Positions 12,602-23,012 of a DNA stretch of 64,000 nt are shown one piece after another. Each line of letters opens with the position of its first letter. Positions within the stretch are counted from its first letter, which is position 1. A program made the translations under genes and the position numbers. The stretch covers positions 2,356,001 to 2,420,000 of the forward strand of contig OZ176053.1 of the NCBI GenBank assembly GCA_964247055.1. Reading direction: 5' to 3'. The stretch comes from Paragordius varius (lineage: Eukaryota; Animalia; Nematomorpha). A model generated the notes under the pieces. It ran no database searches and was not told the origin of the DNA. It saw only the letters and a list, made by a program, of their open reading frames with translations.

Positions 12602-15600
12602 AAATCCGAGCCGATCTGGTGCTTTTCTTTCCCTAAGAGGATATATCCTTTCAGGTTCTTTCTCAGTTGTCTTTTCCGTTCTTATTTCAACCTGGGTGTC
12701 TTTCTCGTTTTCTTTTTCTTTGCTTGGTTCCTCCCCCACCTCCCGATTATTGGTTGTCATCTCTTCATCTGTTTGGTTTATCGTTACATTATCCTCCTCC
12801 TCAACGCCGTTCTCGACTCCTGTCGGCCGTAATTGATCCGCATGCTTGCGAAGTGTTCGATTTCCATCTTTAACCGTGTACGAGAGTACCCCTGTTCTCT
12901 CCAAAATTATACCTTTTCTCCACCCTGAATTGATTTCATTCTTTATGTACACTTCTTCGTCCGGTCTAAAAGTTTGATTAGGAATTATGTCGTCCTCTAA
13001 TTGTTGTGCGGGTGTTTCCCTAACCCAAGAGAAGGGGGTATTAATCTGTCTTTTCAGAAATAAATTATACGGGCACTCTTTTGTGGCGCTATGTACGGCG
13101 GAGCGATAACCCCATAACACTTGGTTTATTTTTTTGTCAGGAGTCAGCTTGGAATCCGTTAACGATTTATAGTTTGCTTTTAAGGTGTAAATGACCCGTT
13201 CCATTAGCCCATTTGTTCGTGGATGATAGGGGGCGCTAGTGACATGTTTGATGTTTGCTCGTTGCAAGGTATCTTTAATATCTTTCGATGCAAAATATGA
13301 TGCATTATCGGTAACTATCATTCGGGGAAACCCGTACCTTACACACCAAATTTCCAACCAATGTATTATGTTTGCAGAGTTAACAGTTCTTAGCAATTCG
13401 ACTTCAACCCATCTGGAGCTACTATCGATAGCTACTAACCAATACAACCCATCTATAGGACCGGCAATATCAAGATGTATCCTTTCCCAGATACTCGTAT
13501 TAAAATTCCATTTGTACGTTGGATAACTTTTTATGTTATTCCGGTTTAACTGACACCCCATACAAGATCTCACATAACTTTCAATATCTTGGTTTATACC
13601 TGGCCAATAAACCCTTGCCTTGGCAGACTCTTTCATTACATTAGCCCCCGAATGTCCAACATGCAAAAATTTTAACGTTTCATTTCGCAACGCCTTGGGT
13701 ATAAACAGACGATCGCCCCAATACAACAAACCATATGATTCTTGTATTTCGTTTCTTATACTCAATACCGAATTTAGAATTGGAGCTGACCAATCATTAT
13801 GATGTAGAGCCGATTTTAATGCCATCAAAAACTCATCCTGTAAAGTATTTTCTTTCATTCGCTGTACGCTTAAGTTGTCAGTTGTTAGAAAGTTGATTTG
13901 CCTGGGTTGCTCTTCAACTTCCTCAGTCTGTTCTTCATACGGTAGACGAGATAACCAATCCGCTAAATTTTCCGAACCATTAATATATTGTATAGTAAAA
14001 TTATAATCGGCTGTTCTGAGTATCCATCTTACTAATCTACTATTGTTAATATTACTTAGATCTCTCTTAAAACCAAACAACTTGATCAGGGGTTTATGAT
14101 CGGTTAGTAATACGAACTTTCTGCCATACACAAACATTTTAAATTTTTCTAGCGCATATAAAATTGCCCTTGCTTCTTTTTCAATTACCGAGAAATGTTG
14201 TTCTGCCTTCGCACATTTTCGAGACGCAAAAGCTATCGGCCGTTTTCCCTCACGTGTCATATGTGATAAAACTGCTCCGAATCCGTCATTAGATGCATCT
14301 GTTTCCAACACTAACGGAAGGTTCGGGTTAAACGGTATTAGACATAAGGCATTACTCACCAACAGTTTAGCTTTATCAAAAACCCTCTCTTCTTTTGTCG
14401 ACCAACATCATTTCTTAGAACCTGTAAGCGCATGTAAGTCCGCGATTGTAGCATGCAAAGACGGAATAAAACGAGCGTGAAAATTTAACATTCCCAAAAA
14501 AGACCGAAGTGATGTTTTATTGGTAGGTGTAGGACAATTCAAAATTGCTTTTACTTTTTCGTTATCAGGTTTAATTCCTTTGTCTGAAATTATATATCCT
14601 AAGTATGACACTGAGGAACGAGCTAATTGGATTTTATCCTTTTTTAATTTCAAACCCACAGCAGCTAATTTGTTCAACACTTTTTTCTAAATTATCCTTA
14701 TGCTCCATTACCGTTGTTCCACTAACAATTACATCATCTAAGTAAACCGCTGTACCTGGACAATCTTTTAATAACTCATCCATAATTTGTTGAAATATCG
14801 TGGGTGCACTAGATATTCCAAATGGCAGTCTCTTAAATCAAAAAAGGCCTATATGTGAACTAAACGTGAGTAAATGTTGATAATCTTGGTGTATCGGCAT
14901 TTGCCAGTAAGCTTCTTTTAGATCTAAGGTCGTAAAAACTTTTCCTTGCCCGATTTTAAACACTAACTGATCAAATGTTGGAATCAGATGATCTACAGGA
15001 ACCAGACTTGGGTTTAAAGTAACTCTAAAATCACCACATATGGGAATATCGTTATCATTCTTTTTAACTATTACCAATGGAGTTACCCAGTCAATTCGTG
15101 TTTGCGAGGGGTTTATGGACTCTATAATACCCAGACTTTCAAGCCTCTTTAATTTACTCTCCACCTTAGACTGAAGCGGAATAGGTACCCTCCTGGCCGC
15201 AAATCTTTTGGGGATACTCCCTTTTTTGAGAAACAACTTGATGGGTGATCCCTTGTAACACCCCATACCCTCACAAAACAAATCCTTAAATTTATTCAAT
15301 TCCACGTAATTAACATTTTTTACACATACAGGCTCTGGAAATCTGCATTCAAAACTTTTCATCCATGGTAACCCAAAAATGTTACCCCAATCATCCCTAG
15401 TAACCATACATTCCAACTGTTTGACCATACCATTCCATTTCACATCTACAACACATTGTCCCATCACCTCTACACCTTGCTGGTTGAACCCAACTATTGG
15501 ACCCGCGGGAGCTAAGGTCGGCCTCCCAATCTCCATCCACGTGCTCTTCCCAATCAATGATATTTGAGCTCCGGTATCGTACAACATCCTCACCCAATGG

Positions 15601-16345
15601 CCATTCAGACTTGCTTGCGTTCGGGCTTCATTATTATTATTGTTACCATTCAGTATGTTAACGCGCCGGCAACACCTGCCAAAATGACCACGTCCTTTGC
15701 ATCGGTAACACTCCTTGTTTGAAGCGGGACACCAGTTGATCGCATGCGCGTATCCACATTTTCCACATTTTTTTCTTATCATCATAACCTGCCTATTGTC
15801 GGGACCCTGATCAATCAAACAGCTGTCCGCCTTTTCGTACGCCATTGCCATTTCTACCACCATCTCCAACGTAACCGGTTTCCCATCAACCATTGCATCT
15901 GGAAATTTTGTGAACAGATCTATTTCCAATCTTTTGAGTTGTAACCCTCCAACAAACCCATCTCTGATTCTTAGCATTGCATCTTGCCCAAAGTTGCACC
16001 GGGTAGCACATTCCTTTACTCGAATCAAAAAATCCATCACTGATTCCGTGGCTTCCCTCCGGAGTTGCGTAAACTGGAACCTGGCTGCAAACACATTGTA
16101 TGTCGGAGCAAATATTTTTTTCCCAGCTGCTACCAAAGCATCTCAGCCCACTTCCTCTAACAGTACGGGATAAAAGAATTTCTTCAACTTTGGAATATGG
16201 GATAGACCAATGTAGGCCAATAGTAAGTTCTTTTTGTTTCGTCATCTTCTGGAATTAATTTCACTTTTAACATTCTCTTTATATAATCGATATAATCATC
16301 AAAGCTAGTTGCGGGATCATAAACTTCCAGACTTAATTTCTCCAT
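12596..16345 (-). pseudogene. gag-pol (Gag, protease, RT, RNase H, integrase) with 3 in-frame stops and 2 frameshifts
   Basis: Start MEKLSLE at 16345; protease YDTGAQISL; RT LDLKEAYWQ, LPFG and YLDD; RNase H ETDAS..TDHKPL; integrase HVGH..CMGC, HLDIAGP, VTDNA, GLMER. TGA at 16143-16145, 14838-14840 and 14408-14410; frameshifts in A-runs at ~16231-16235 and ~14681-14686. Confidence 0.93.
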
Positions 16346-16372
16346 GCGCGAATGTAATGAGGTAAAAAAATT

Positions 16373-16383
16373 CGACCGCGCCA
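16373..16383 (-). other. Primer binding site (tRNA-Ser-like)
   Basis: TGGCGCGGTCG starts 2 nt after the 5' LTR; resembles Ser-type Gypsy PBS (TGGCGCAGTCG). The tRNA identity is an inference. Confidence 0.7.
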
Positions 16384-16385
16384 AA

Positions 16386-16650
16386 TGTAGTAAATCAAGA
16401 AACCGTAAAACAATAAGATTTATTGAGATAAAATACAAAAACTAAACTACATACAGTTTGCGATGTTTATATACTTTTTGTGAATACAATATTTACATGT
16501 TAAGCCAAGGTAAAATAACGTGTGCAGGTTAAATACAAAATTGATACAATAGTTTAACTCATATATAAAAGGTCATCAAAATGTATTCAAATCTAATATA
16601 TAAATTGGTCTCGTCTAAGGTTAACTAACTTGATGTATTCTAATCTATCA
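16386..16650 (-). repeat. 5' LTR (265 bp)
   Basis: Direct repeat of 12323-12588. Confidence 0.95.
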
Positions 16651-17762
16651 ATCAGCTACCTTAGTTGACCAATCAATAAATTTCCTATCAAATGAATTTG
16701 CAATCAGAAATCAAATTTATTTTTTATATGTATTTTTTAAAAATCCGTTAATGGGCCAATTATTAAATAATTTTTTTTATTTATAAACCATAAAAATTAT
16801 GTCCAACAAGGTAATATACCACGATATGAGCAGTAGTATAAATATCACAGATATATTATAAATCTCAATTAGCTACAAACTAAAAAAATATAGTTGTATA
16901 ATCAAAAATTAGACTTAATCTGGTCGATAACAAATTATTAATAATTGCTTCATAAATAAGAACTATATAGCAACGTGTATGGATATAATTTTTAATTTTA
17001 TTAAAACGCTGAGACTTCTTATTACTTCAGCTTTATGTTGAGTTTTATTTTTTAATTGCTCATTCAATCGATAAACATCATTGTATATTTTTCTAGATAC
17101 AGGAACTTAAGATCTATTAAAAGCGTTAAAATAAGGACTTTAAAACTGCAACTAAAATCCATAAAAAACCTAAATAGAGCAAATAAACTAGTTAAAAATA
17201 TAAATTCGTATATAATTTTTCTATCATTAACCTATGAGTATTGACTAATTAACATCACTTGTCTGATACTGAATTTGTTAAAAAAGGATCGCTAATTACT
17301 TAATTTCCTTAATAATTATTATCAAATGGCTGGTATTTATCTCACTACTATAAAATAGCTGACTAATATGGGGCCTATTTATGCGGCTGTTTATAATGTT
17401 TTTTATGTATGTTTGATCAAGTTAAATCTAAAAAACAACATCCAATTTTTATTTCTCCACCAAGCAGCCTAAAACTAGTTTATTCTAAGCTACCCAATAT
17501 ACGCATATAAACTGATAAAATTAATTTTATATTATATGATGTATGAAATTATTAATCATACCATCATACCCAAACATTAAATCAATATTTACAAAATAAA
17601 AATTGGCACCTTACAACATTTACAGGTGGGACAAATATATATAATGAGTAATATTAACTAACACAAAATTTATCAATTAAAGGTTGTTTTTTTAAGCTCA
17701 AATATCTTTTCCAAATTTTTAATTCATTTATAAGAAAAAAAAGTATAATTAAACACTATCAA

Positions 17763-19141
17763 ATGGCATATGATTCATCTTATAGAACACTGTGTTGCAA
17801 TGTCAAAACTGCATCCTTTGGATTCTTTATCTATTCTTTGGTACTTTTATAATCCATCCAATTTTTTTTATATATTTAATAATTATACATGTCAACATAG
17901 TTTTAATTTAATTTTATCATTGTAATACTTGCTTATCTCTTAAAAGCTATAAAAAATTTTATGATGATTTAAATAGATAGCAAATGCAATAGCTTTTGTA
18001 GTTTTAGTATGGGCTTCCATTGCATTTTCACCCAGTGATAAAGTAACAACTCTAACACCAGTAGTGTCAACTATAAGCACAGATGATTTTGTCATTTTTG
18101 GTGACAAAAATGAAAGCGAATGGGATAATATAAACTACATTAATACCACTTCATGGAAGGGATTTATTAAGAACGGACTTACTTCAGGTATAATTTGAAC
18201 ATAAATTTTCAGCAAAATGGAATACTTTTATGGATTTTTTTTTGAATCTTTTGTAGCAAAATTCTATTTTAATTGGTTATTACCTTAATTTCAAACATTT
18301 TTAATTTATTTAATCAACCACCATAACATTTGTTGTTAGATGCGCAAAATTGAATTTATAAATAATTGGTTATTATCTAAATTTTTTTTATATATTTTTA
18401 TTAATATCTATAGTTGTTTTAACTTTTTTGTACGATATGCAAAAATTTTTTAAGGCATTGGAAAATATGTGCATAACTTTACAGTCCAATATTAATTATA
18501 ATTATAATCCATTATATTATAAATCTAGTGCTCGTAAGTATGGCTTGTATGACAGCAACCGGAATCATTACTTCTCTCATTGGAATATACGCTATTTTTC
18601 GAGTAATTTTTTCTATCATTTTACTTGGCTTTTAATGGTGAAAATGCATAATAATATTCTTACTAAGTGGAAAACAAAATAATTTTGAGACAAGGTCTCA
18701 CACGTCATTTTGCTAAGAGAATATGGAAAGCTTTTACAAATTTTTAAGGCAGAAAATGTTTTATATATGCTAAAATTTAGAAAAAGTAAATCTCAATAGT
18801 TGATAAACTATGCTTTTAAACCTGAAGCGTAGTGTAGCGTGAAAAATAATTTGCTTCTAACAAAACCCCATATTTTCAATATTAAGGGCAAATTACCAGA
18901 TAAATATTTACATCAAGATAATAAAAATATTTAAGGGCTTACTTAAGCTGATAAGTTTATAAAATCAACATGCATATTTATCAATTTTTCTATGTGTTTT
19001 TCAATTTTTTTATAGCAAAAACCAAACTTGCTAATACCTCATTTATGTATGATGGGAATTAATACCGTTATGGCAATATCGGGTTTCATGAACCCACTCT
19101 TTCTTTTACAGGTATGTCTGTACAATTGAATGTTATAAATG

Positions 19142-19173
<32 letters not shown>

Positions 19174-19523
19174 CTATATATATCTTTCATATTAATTTTA
19201 TTTACGCCTTGTCTATAGGGAACAGGCACGAAATTTGAAGCGTTTGGAACATACGTCAGTTTTGTCTTTGGCATGATTATACAGGTAATATATTTGCTAC
19301 GTAAATTTTACGACTTCATAATTTTGTGAAAAAATAATTTTTTTAGCTGTTTGCATCAAAATAAAATTTAATAAATTTTAATGTTTAAAAACAAGTGTAT
19401 TTTTGGTTTAGTAGTAATTTAAATTTCCATATATCCTTCTAGATTTACTTTATCAGTGTGGTCGCTAGATGCTTCAAATATTTCAAGGATTTAGAATTCA
19501 ATAAACAATCCTCAAATATATAA
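17763..19523 (+). CDS. Four-transmembrane LAPTM4/Mtp-like (DUF7027-type) membrane protein, 201 aa
   Basis: Six GT-AG exons 17763-17840, 17977-18187, 18529-18602, 19016-19111, 19219-19284, 19443-19523 join in frame. Motifs LCCNVKTAS, IGIYAIFRQKPNLLIPHL and IYFISVVARCFKYF; four hydrophobic segments; N-glycosylation sequons NES and NTT in loop 1. Confidence 0.8.
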
Positions 19524-21127
19524 ATTAATTTTTATTAAATCATGTTTATTTTAACCTATATATATATATATACCATAGTTGTAAACTTATAATAAATTAT
19601 ATAATGTAGATATTAAAATTATATTATCGTATCTCTCAAGCAACTTTACAGTATTAGGGAAACCAAAAATATATCTCTTTAAAGATTTTCAAATCTTTGA
19701 CAGGCAACTATTTTAAACCCTAAATTCAGCTACATTTTTTTGTAAAATAGCTTTTTTATAAAAAAAATTAATTCACTCAAAATCTTTTTACATAATACGT
19801 CTAAATCAAAATATAATAATCATATTAGTGATTTTCAAGATAATAAGACTATCTCTGGAACTATGCTCTTGAGTTAGTGACATTGGTTTTATAGGGGTAT
19901 CCGATTAAATTGCGACTTATAAGCAATATGATGCAAAACACATGACACAAGCCGATTATTTACTACACCATTTACATACAATTTTGAATTAATAAATCCA
20001 CTTACTTTAATAAATAAAGTAGTTATCTAAAAAATGGAAAGTATGAGCGATCTTGACATTGATATTAATTTTTCGTTATTAAAATAGGTTAATCCTGATT
20101 TGCATTAATAATTTTCTACCTTCAGAGCATTTAAAAAATATTTTAATATCCTGGCATATCATTGTTTCGATTAAGTTACGGCGACGCGTCACCGAACATA
20201 GTAAGTATATCTTAAATATAAATTTACCATTTAAAATAAAAATTTGTTGATAAAAATATTATTTTTACTTAGTTTAGATTGATTAAGTGTATATTTAAAC
20301 AAAAGGGACGTATAAATTTGAAATTATTATGTTTTAGGATTGATTTTAATAATCTGCATGATAATATTGCAAAAAAGCTAATTGGTATTTTTAAATATTT
20401 TATTTTTATATACAGTAGCGTATGGCATAAAACAAAATTAGTCCATAAAAGGAAAAAAGAATGTTTTTTTTAAAAAAAGGCTTAGTTGAATAGACACATA
20501 TCCATAAATTCCCCTTGTTTTTTTAAAGAAAACATTTTTTTATTCTTTTATGGCTAATAATGTTTAACACATACGCTACTGTATATTGATTTCCATACAA
20601 TAGATGTTTAAACTTAAATTTTATTATATCAAATCACACCCAAGCAAAGTCTGTTTTATGTTAAAGTAGACAAAATTAGAGCAATGGGCGTAAAACCACC
20701 ATATTATTTACCATTACAATTACATGCTATTACAATATGCTTTTTTCTTAGAGTGTAAGTAGCCTAGGTTTTCCATAATAATAAAATTATTATTTAAAAA
20801 AGCCAAGCATTTTAAAGATAGTTTAGCAATTATCTTTGAAACACCTTTCACCAAAGATAAGGCCGCACTTTTTTGCGCGGAACTTTTTAACCCTTATAAA
20901 TTATTACATTGCGAGCAGTATATGAGTGCTAATATAATATATCTATAATATTTAATTTATTTTGTGTTCAATTTTATAAAAAACGGCATAATGTTAACAA
21001 AAATAAAATAGCCATTTGTGCAGTTAAAAGTCTGATCGAGCAGATTATTTGATGATATAATATACAAAAGTTTTACAATTATTACTAAGTAATTATAGCA
21101 CAACTTAAAACGCATGTGATCATTTAA

Positions 21128-21640
21128 CACTTGGATACAACGCATTCATTTTTTGATTCAAATTGGGGTAGTTAGATACCCCAAGCTTGTTTAAATATAA
21201 ATATGGAATAATTATAAGCATGGCTAAAGTTTGCACTTATGTAAATTAATGAACCGAAATATAATATAAAAATATTCAAATATTATTTGATACTACTTAT
21301 TCAAGGGTAAAACTAAAAGTAAAAATTTAGCCAAGAAGACATGTGTGCCAAAGAAAAATACAAAAATAATGCGAAATATACAACTTTCCTGTTTTAATCA
21401 ATGTTAATTATGATTTTAATAAAAAGATAAACTTGATTTAAGGCTTAGAATCAATTTTACACGATATTAAAAATGGAGTCCAAGTAGTTTTATAAGGAAC
21501 TATTTTTCCAAAACTAAATTAGATATTTTGGTTTATTATAATTTTTATTAGGACAGAGGCATTAAAATTGGAACCGTTTTTGAGTAGTTTTTTAAATATC
21601 AATTCTGGGGTATTTTGATACACCTATTCGAATCGAAGTG
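21128..21640 (+). mobile_element. TTAA MITE, copy 2
   Basis: TTAA|CACTTGGATACAAC ... AATCGAAGTG; right TTAA degraded. Confidence 0.75.
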
Positions 21641-22037
21641 TTTTTGTACACGTCCATCTACACGTAATTGTCCCCAAAAACCATATTTATTATTCAATAT
21701 TTTTGAACACCACCACAGTTTTTATAATGAAAAATAGATTGTAACAGAATTAAATTTATTATATCTCTCTAAATTCAATATTTTAATTAGTTATATATGG
21801 CCTAGGGATTAACTGATTCTACTTTTCCATAAAACATATATAATTATAGCATGAATATATTTTGCACGAAATCACAGTAAAGCTCAACTTGTTAATTAAT
21901 ATACATTTATATATATAGATTAAATGTCATAGACAAATATGTAGATAGCAATGTAAACAAATTTACTTAATTTGGAATAAAGTTGCATAATTTATATAAA
22001 ACATAAATTTTAGGGTAGTTTTAAGGCACGCGTATGT

Positions 22038-23012
22038 TTATTTACCAGTCAAGGTATGACCGATCTTTTGTGCAGCGTGTTCAACAGATTTAGCTGCACT
22101 TTCAAGCCCTTCCTTCAAAACATGGGCACCCTCAGCCAAATTTTCAGTGAATGTATGCATCCCATGCGTTCCATGATGCGTACTACCCTTGTTAATGGCG
22201 GTTCCAGTTTGGTTGTAGGCGTGTTTAGCTCCTTCGTGTACGTTATGACCGGCATTTCGCACCTCTTCAGACACAGTATTTGCTCCTTTAGCTCCAGCAT
22301 GACGTATATCCTCACCAACCTGTTGGGCTCCGTGTTTAACATTATCAAAGGTGTTTTGGCCTTCATGGATAACTTTGTCACTGCCATATTTAACGTGTTG
22401 GCCGGCTTGATCAACACCGTGTTTCACATTTTGCCCAAACTGGTTAGCGCCTTCCTTAACGTTTTCATAGGCGTGTTGTCCTTCATGTTTAACCTTGTCG
22501 GCTCCGTACTTGATGTTTTGACCAGCTTGATCTATACCATGCTTAACGTTTTGACTAGCTTGATTGAATCCATGTTCAGCTTCACCTGCAACTTTGTTAA
22601 CGCCATGTTTGACATTCTCGTAAGCTTGATTAGTGCCCTGTTTAACGTTTTCGTAGGCTTGGTTTGTGCCATGACGAACATTTTCAGCCGTTTGATTCAA
22701 AGCATGCTTCCCTTCATTCATTGCGGCGTTCACATTGTGTTTGACTTCGTTTGCACCTTGTTGAACTCCGCGATTTATATCATTGGCTGCATTGCTGAAT
22801 CCTTGCTTAATCTCTTGTCCGGCTTGTTTAATAGTTTCCATATTAATGTTTTTTTCACTTGGTTTAGGATCTCGAGGTGGTGTAACTTTTTTTGACCAAA
22901 AGAAATAACGATCACTTGTTTTATCGGTATTGGTAGTAGAAGAGGTGTCTTTACTAGCAAAACGTAAAGAATTATTAGCCAATACAAAAGGTCGAATATA
23001 GTAACGAATCAT
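22038..23012 (-). CDS. LEA-like 11-mer-repeat hydrophilic protein with predicted mitochondrial presequence, 324 aa, intronless
   Basis: First ATG at 23012 (the track's 23042 start is a TTG). N-terminus MIRYYIRPFVLANNSLRFAS is Arg-rich with no acidic residues. Body is 11-mer repeats (TNQAYENVKQG, VDQAGQHVKYG) rich in G/A/N/Q/H/K/E, with no Cys and a 120-nt internal duplication. Confidence 0.82.
   Translation of the reverse strand: MIRYYIRPFVLANNSLRFASKDTSSTTNTDKTSDRYFFWSKKVTPPRDPKPSEKNINMETIKQAGQEIKQGFSNAANDINRGVQQGANEVKHNVNAAMNEGKHALNQTAENVRHGTNQAYENVKQGTNQAYENVKHGVNKVAGEAEHGFNQASQNVKHGIDQAGQNIKYGADKVKHEGQHAYENVKEGANQFGQNVKHGVDQAGQHVKYGSDKVIHEGQNTFDNVKHGAQQVGEDIRHAGAKGANTVSEEVRNAGHNVHEGAKHAYNQTGTAINKGSTHHGTHGMHTFTENLAEGAHVLKEGLESAAKSVEHAAQKIGHTLTGK

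Larger units (their letters stand above)
12323..16650 (-). mobile_element. Full-length Ty3/Gypsy LTR retrotransposon, Mag-like, 4328 bp
   Basis: TG..CA LTRs at both ends; 5-bp TSD ATTAG (12318-12322) / ATCAG (16651-16655); PBS, PPT and a single gag-pol frame. Tandem CCHC knuckles CGKCGYAH..CPA..CYRCKGRGHFGRC are typical of the Mag clade. Confidence 0.95.

Noticed and set aside
14408-16145. Alternative genetic code (TGA = Trp) suggested by retrotransposon stops
   Set aside because: Host genes use TGG for conserved Trp and show no internal TGA; one of the stops is at a non-Trp site.
12667-16245. Small ORFs overlapping gag-pol on either strand
   Set aside because: Off-frame or antisense to retrotransposon coding sequence.
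12303-16659. LTR element possibly inserted in a 24-nt micro-intron (GTAGCTGAT..TTAATCTATATTTAG, minus strand)
   Set aside because: The empty site looks like GT..AG, but no credible flanking exons or homology could be built.
16760-17460. Hydrophobic minus-strand frames resembling a chemoreceptor
   Set aside because: Short, stop-interrupted, and expected by chance at this AT content.
22056-22895. 279-aa plus-strand ORF
   Set aside because: Antisense shadow of the repetitive LEA-like CDS; the codon usage of the real gene leaves this frame open.
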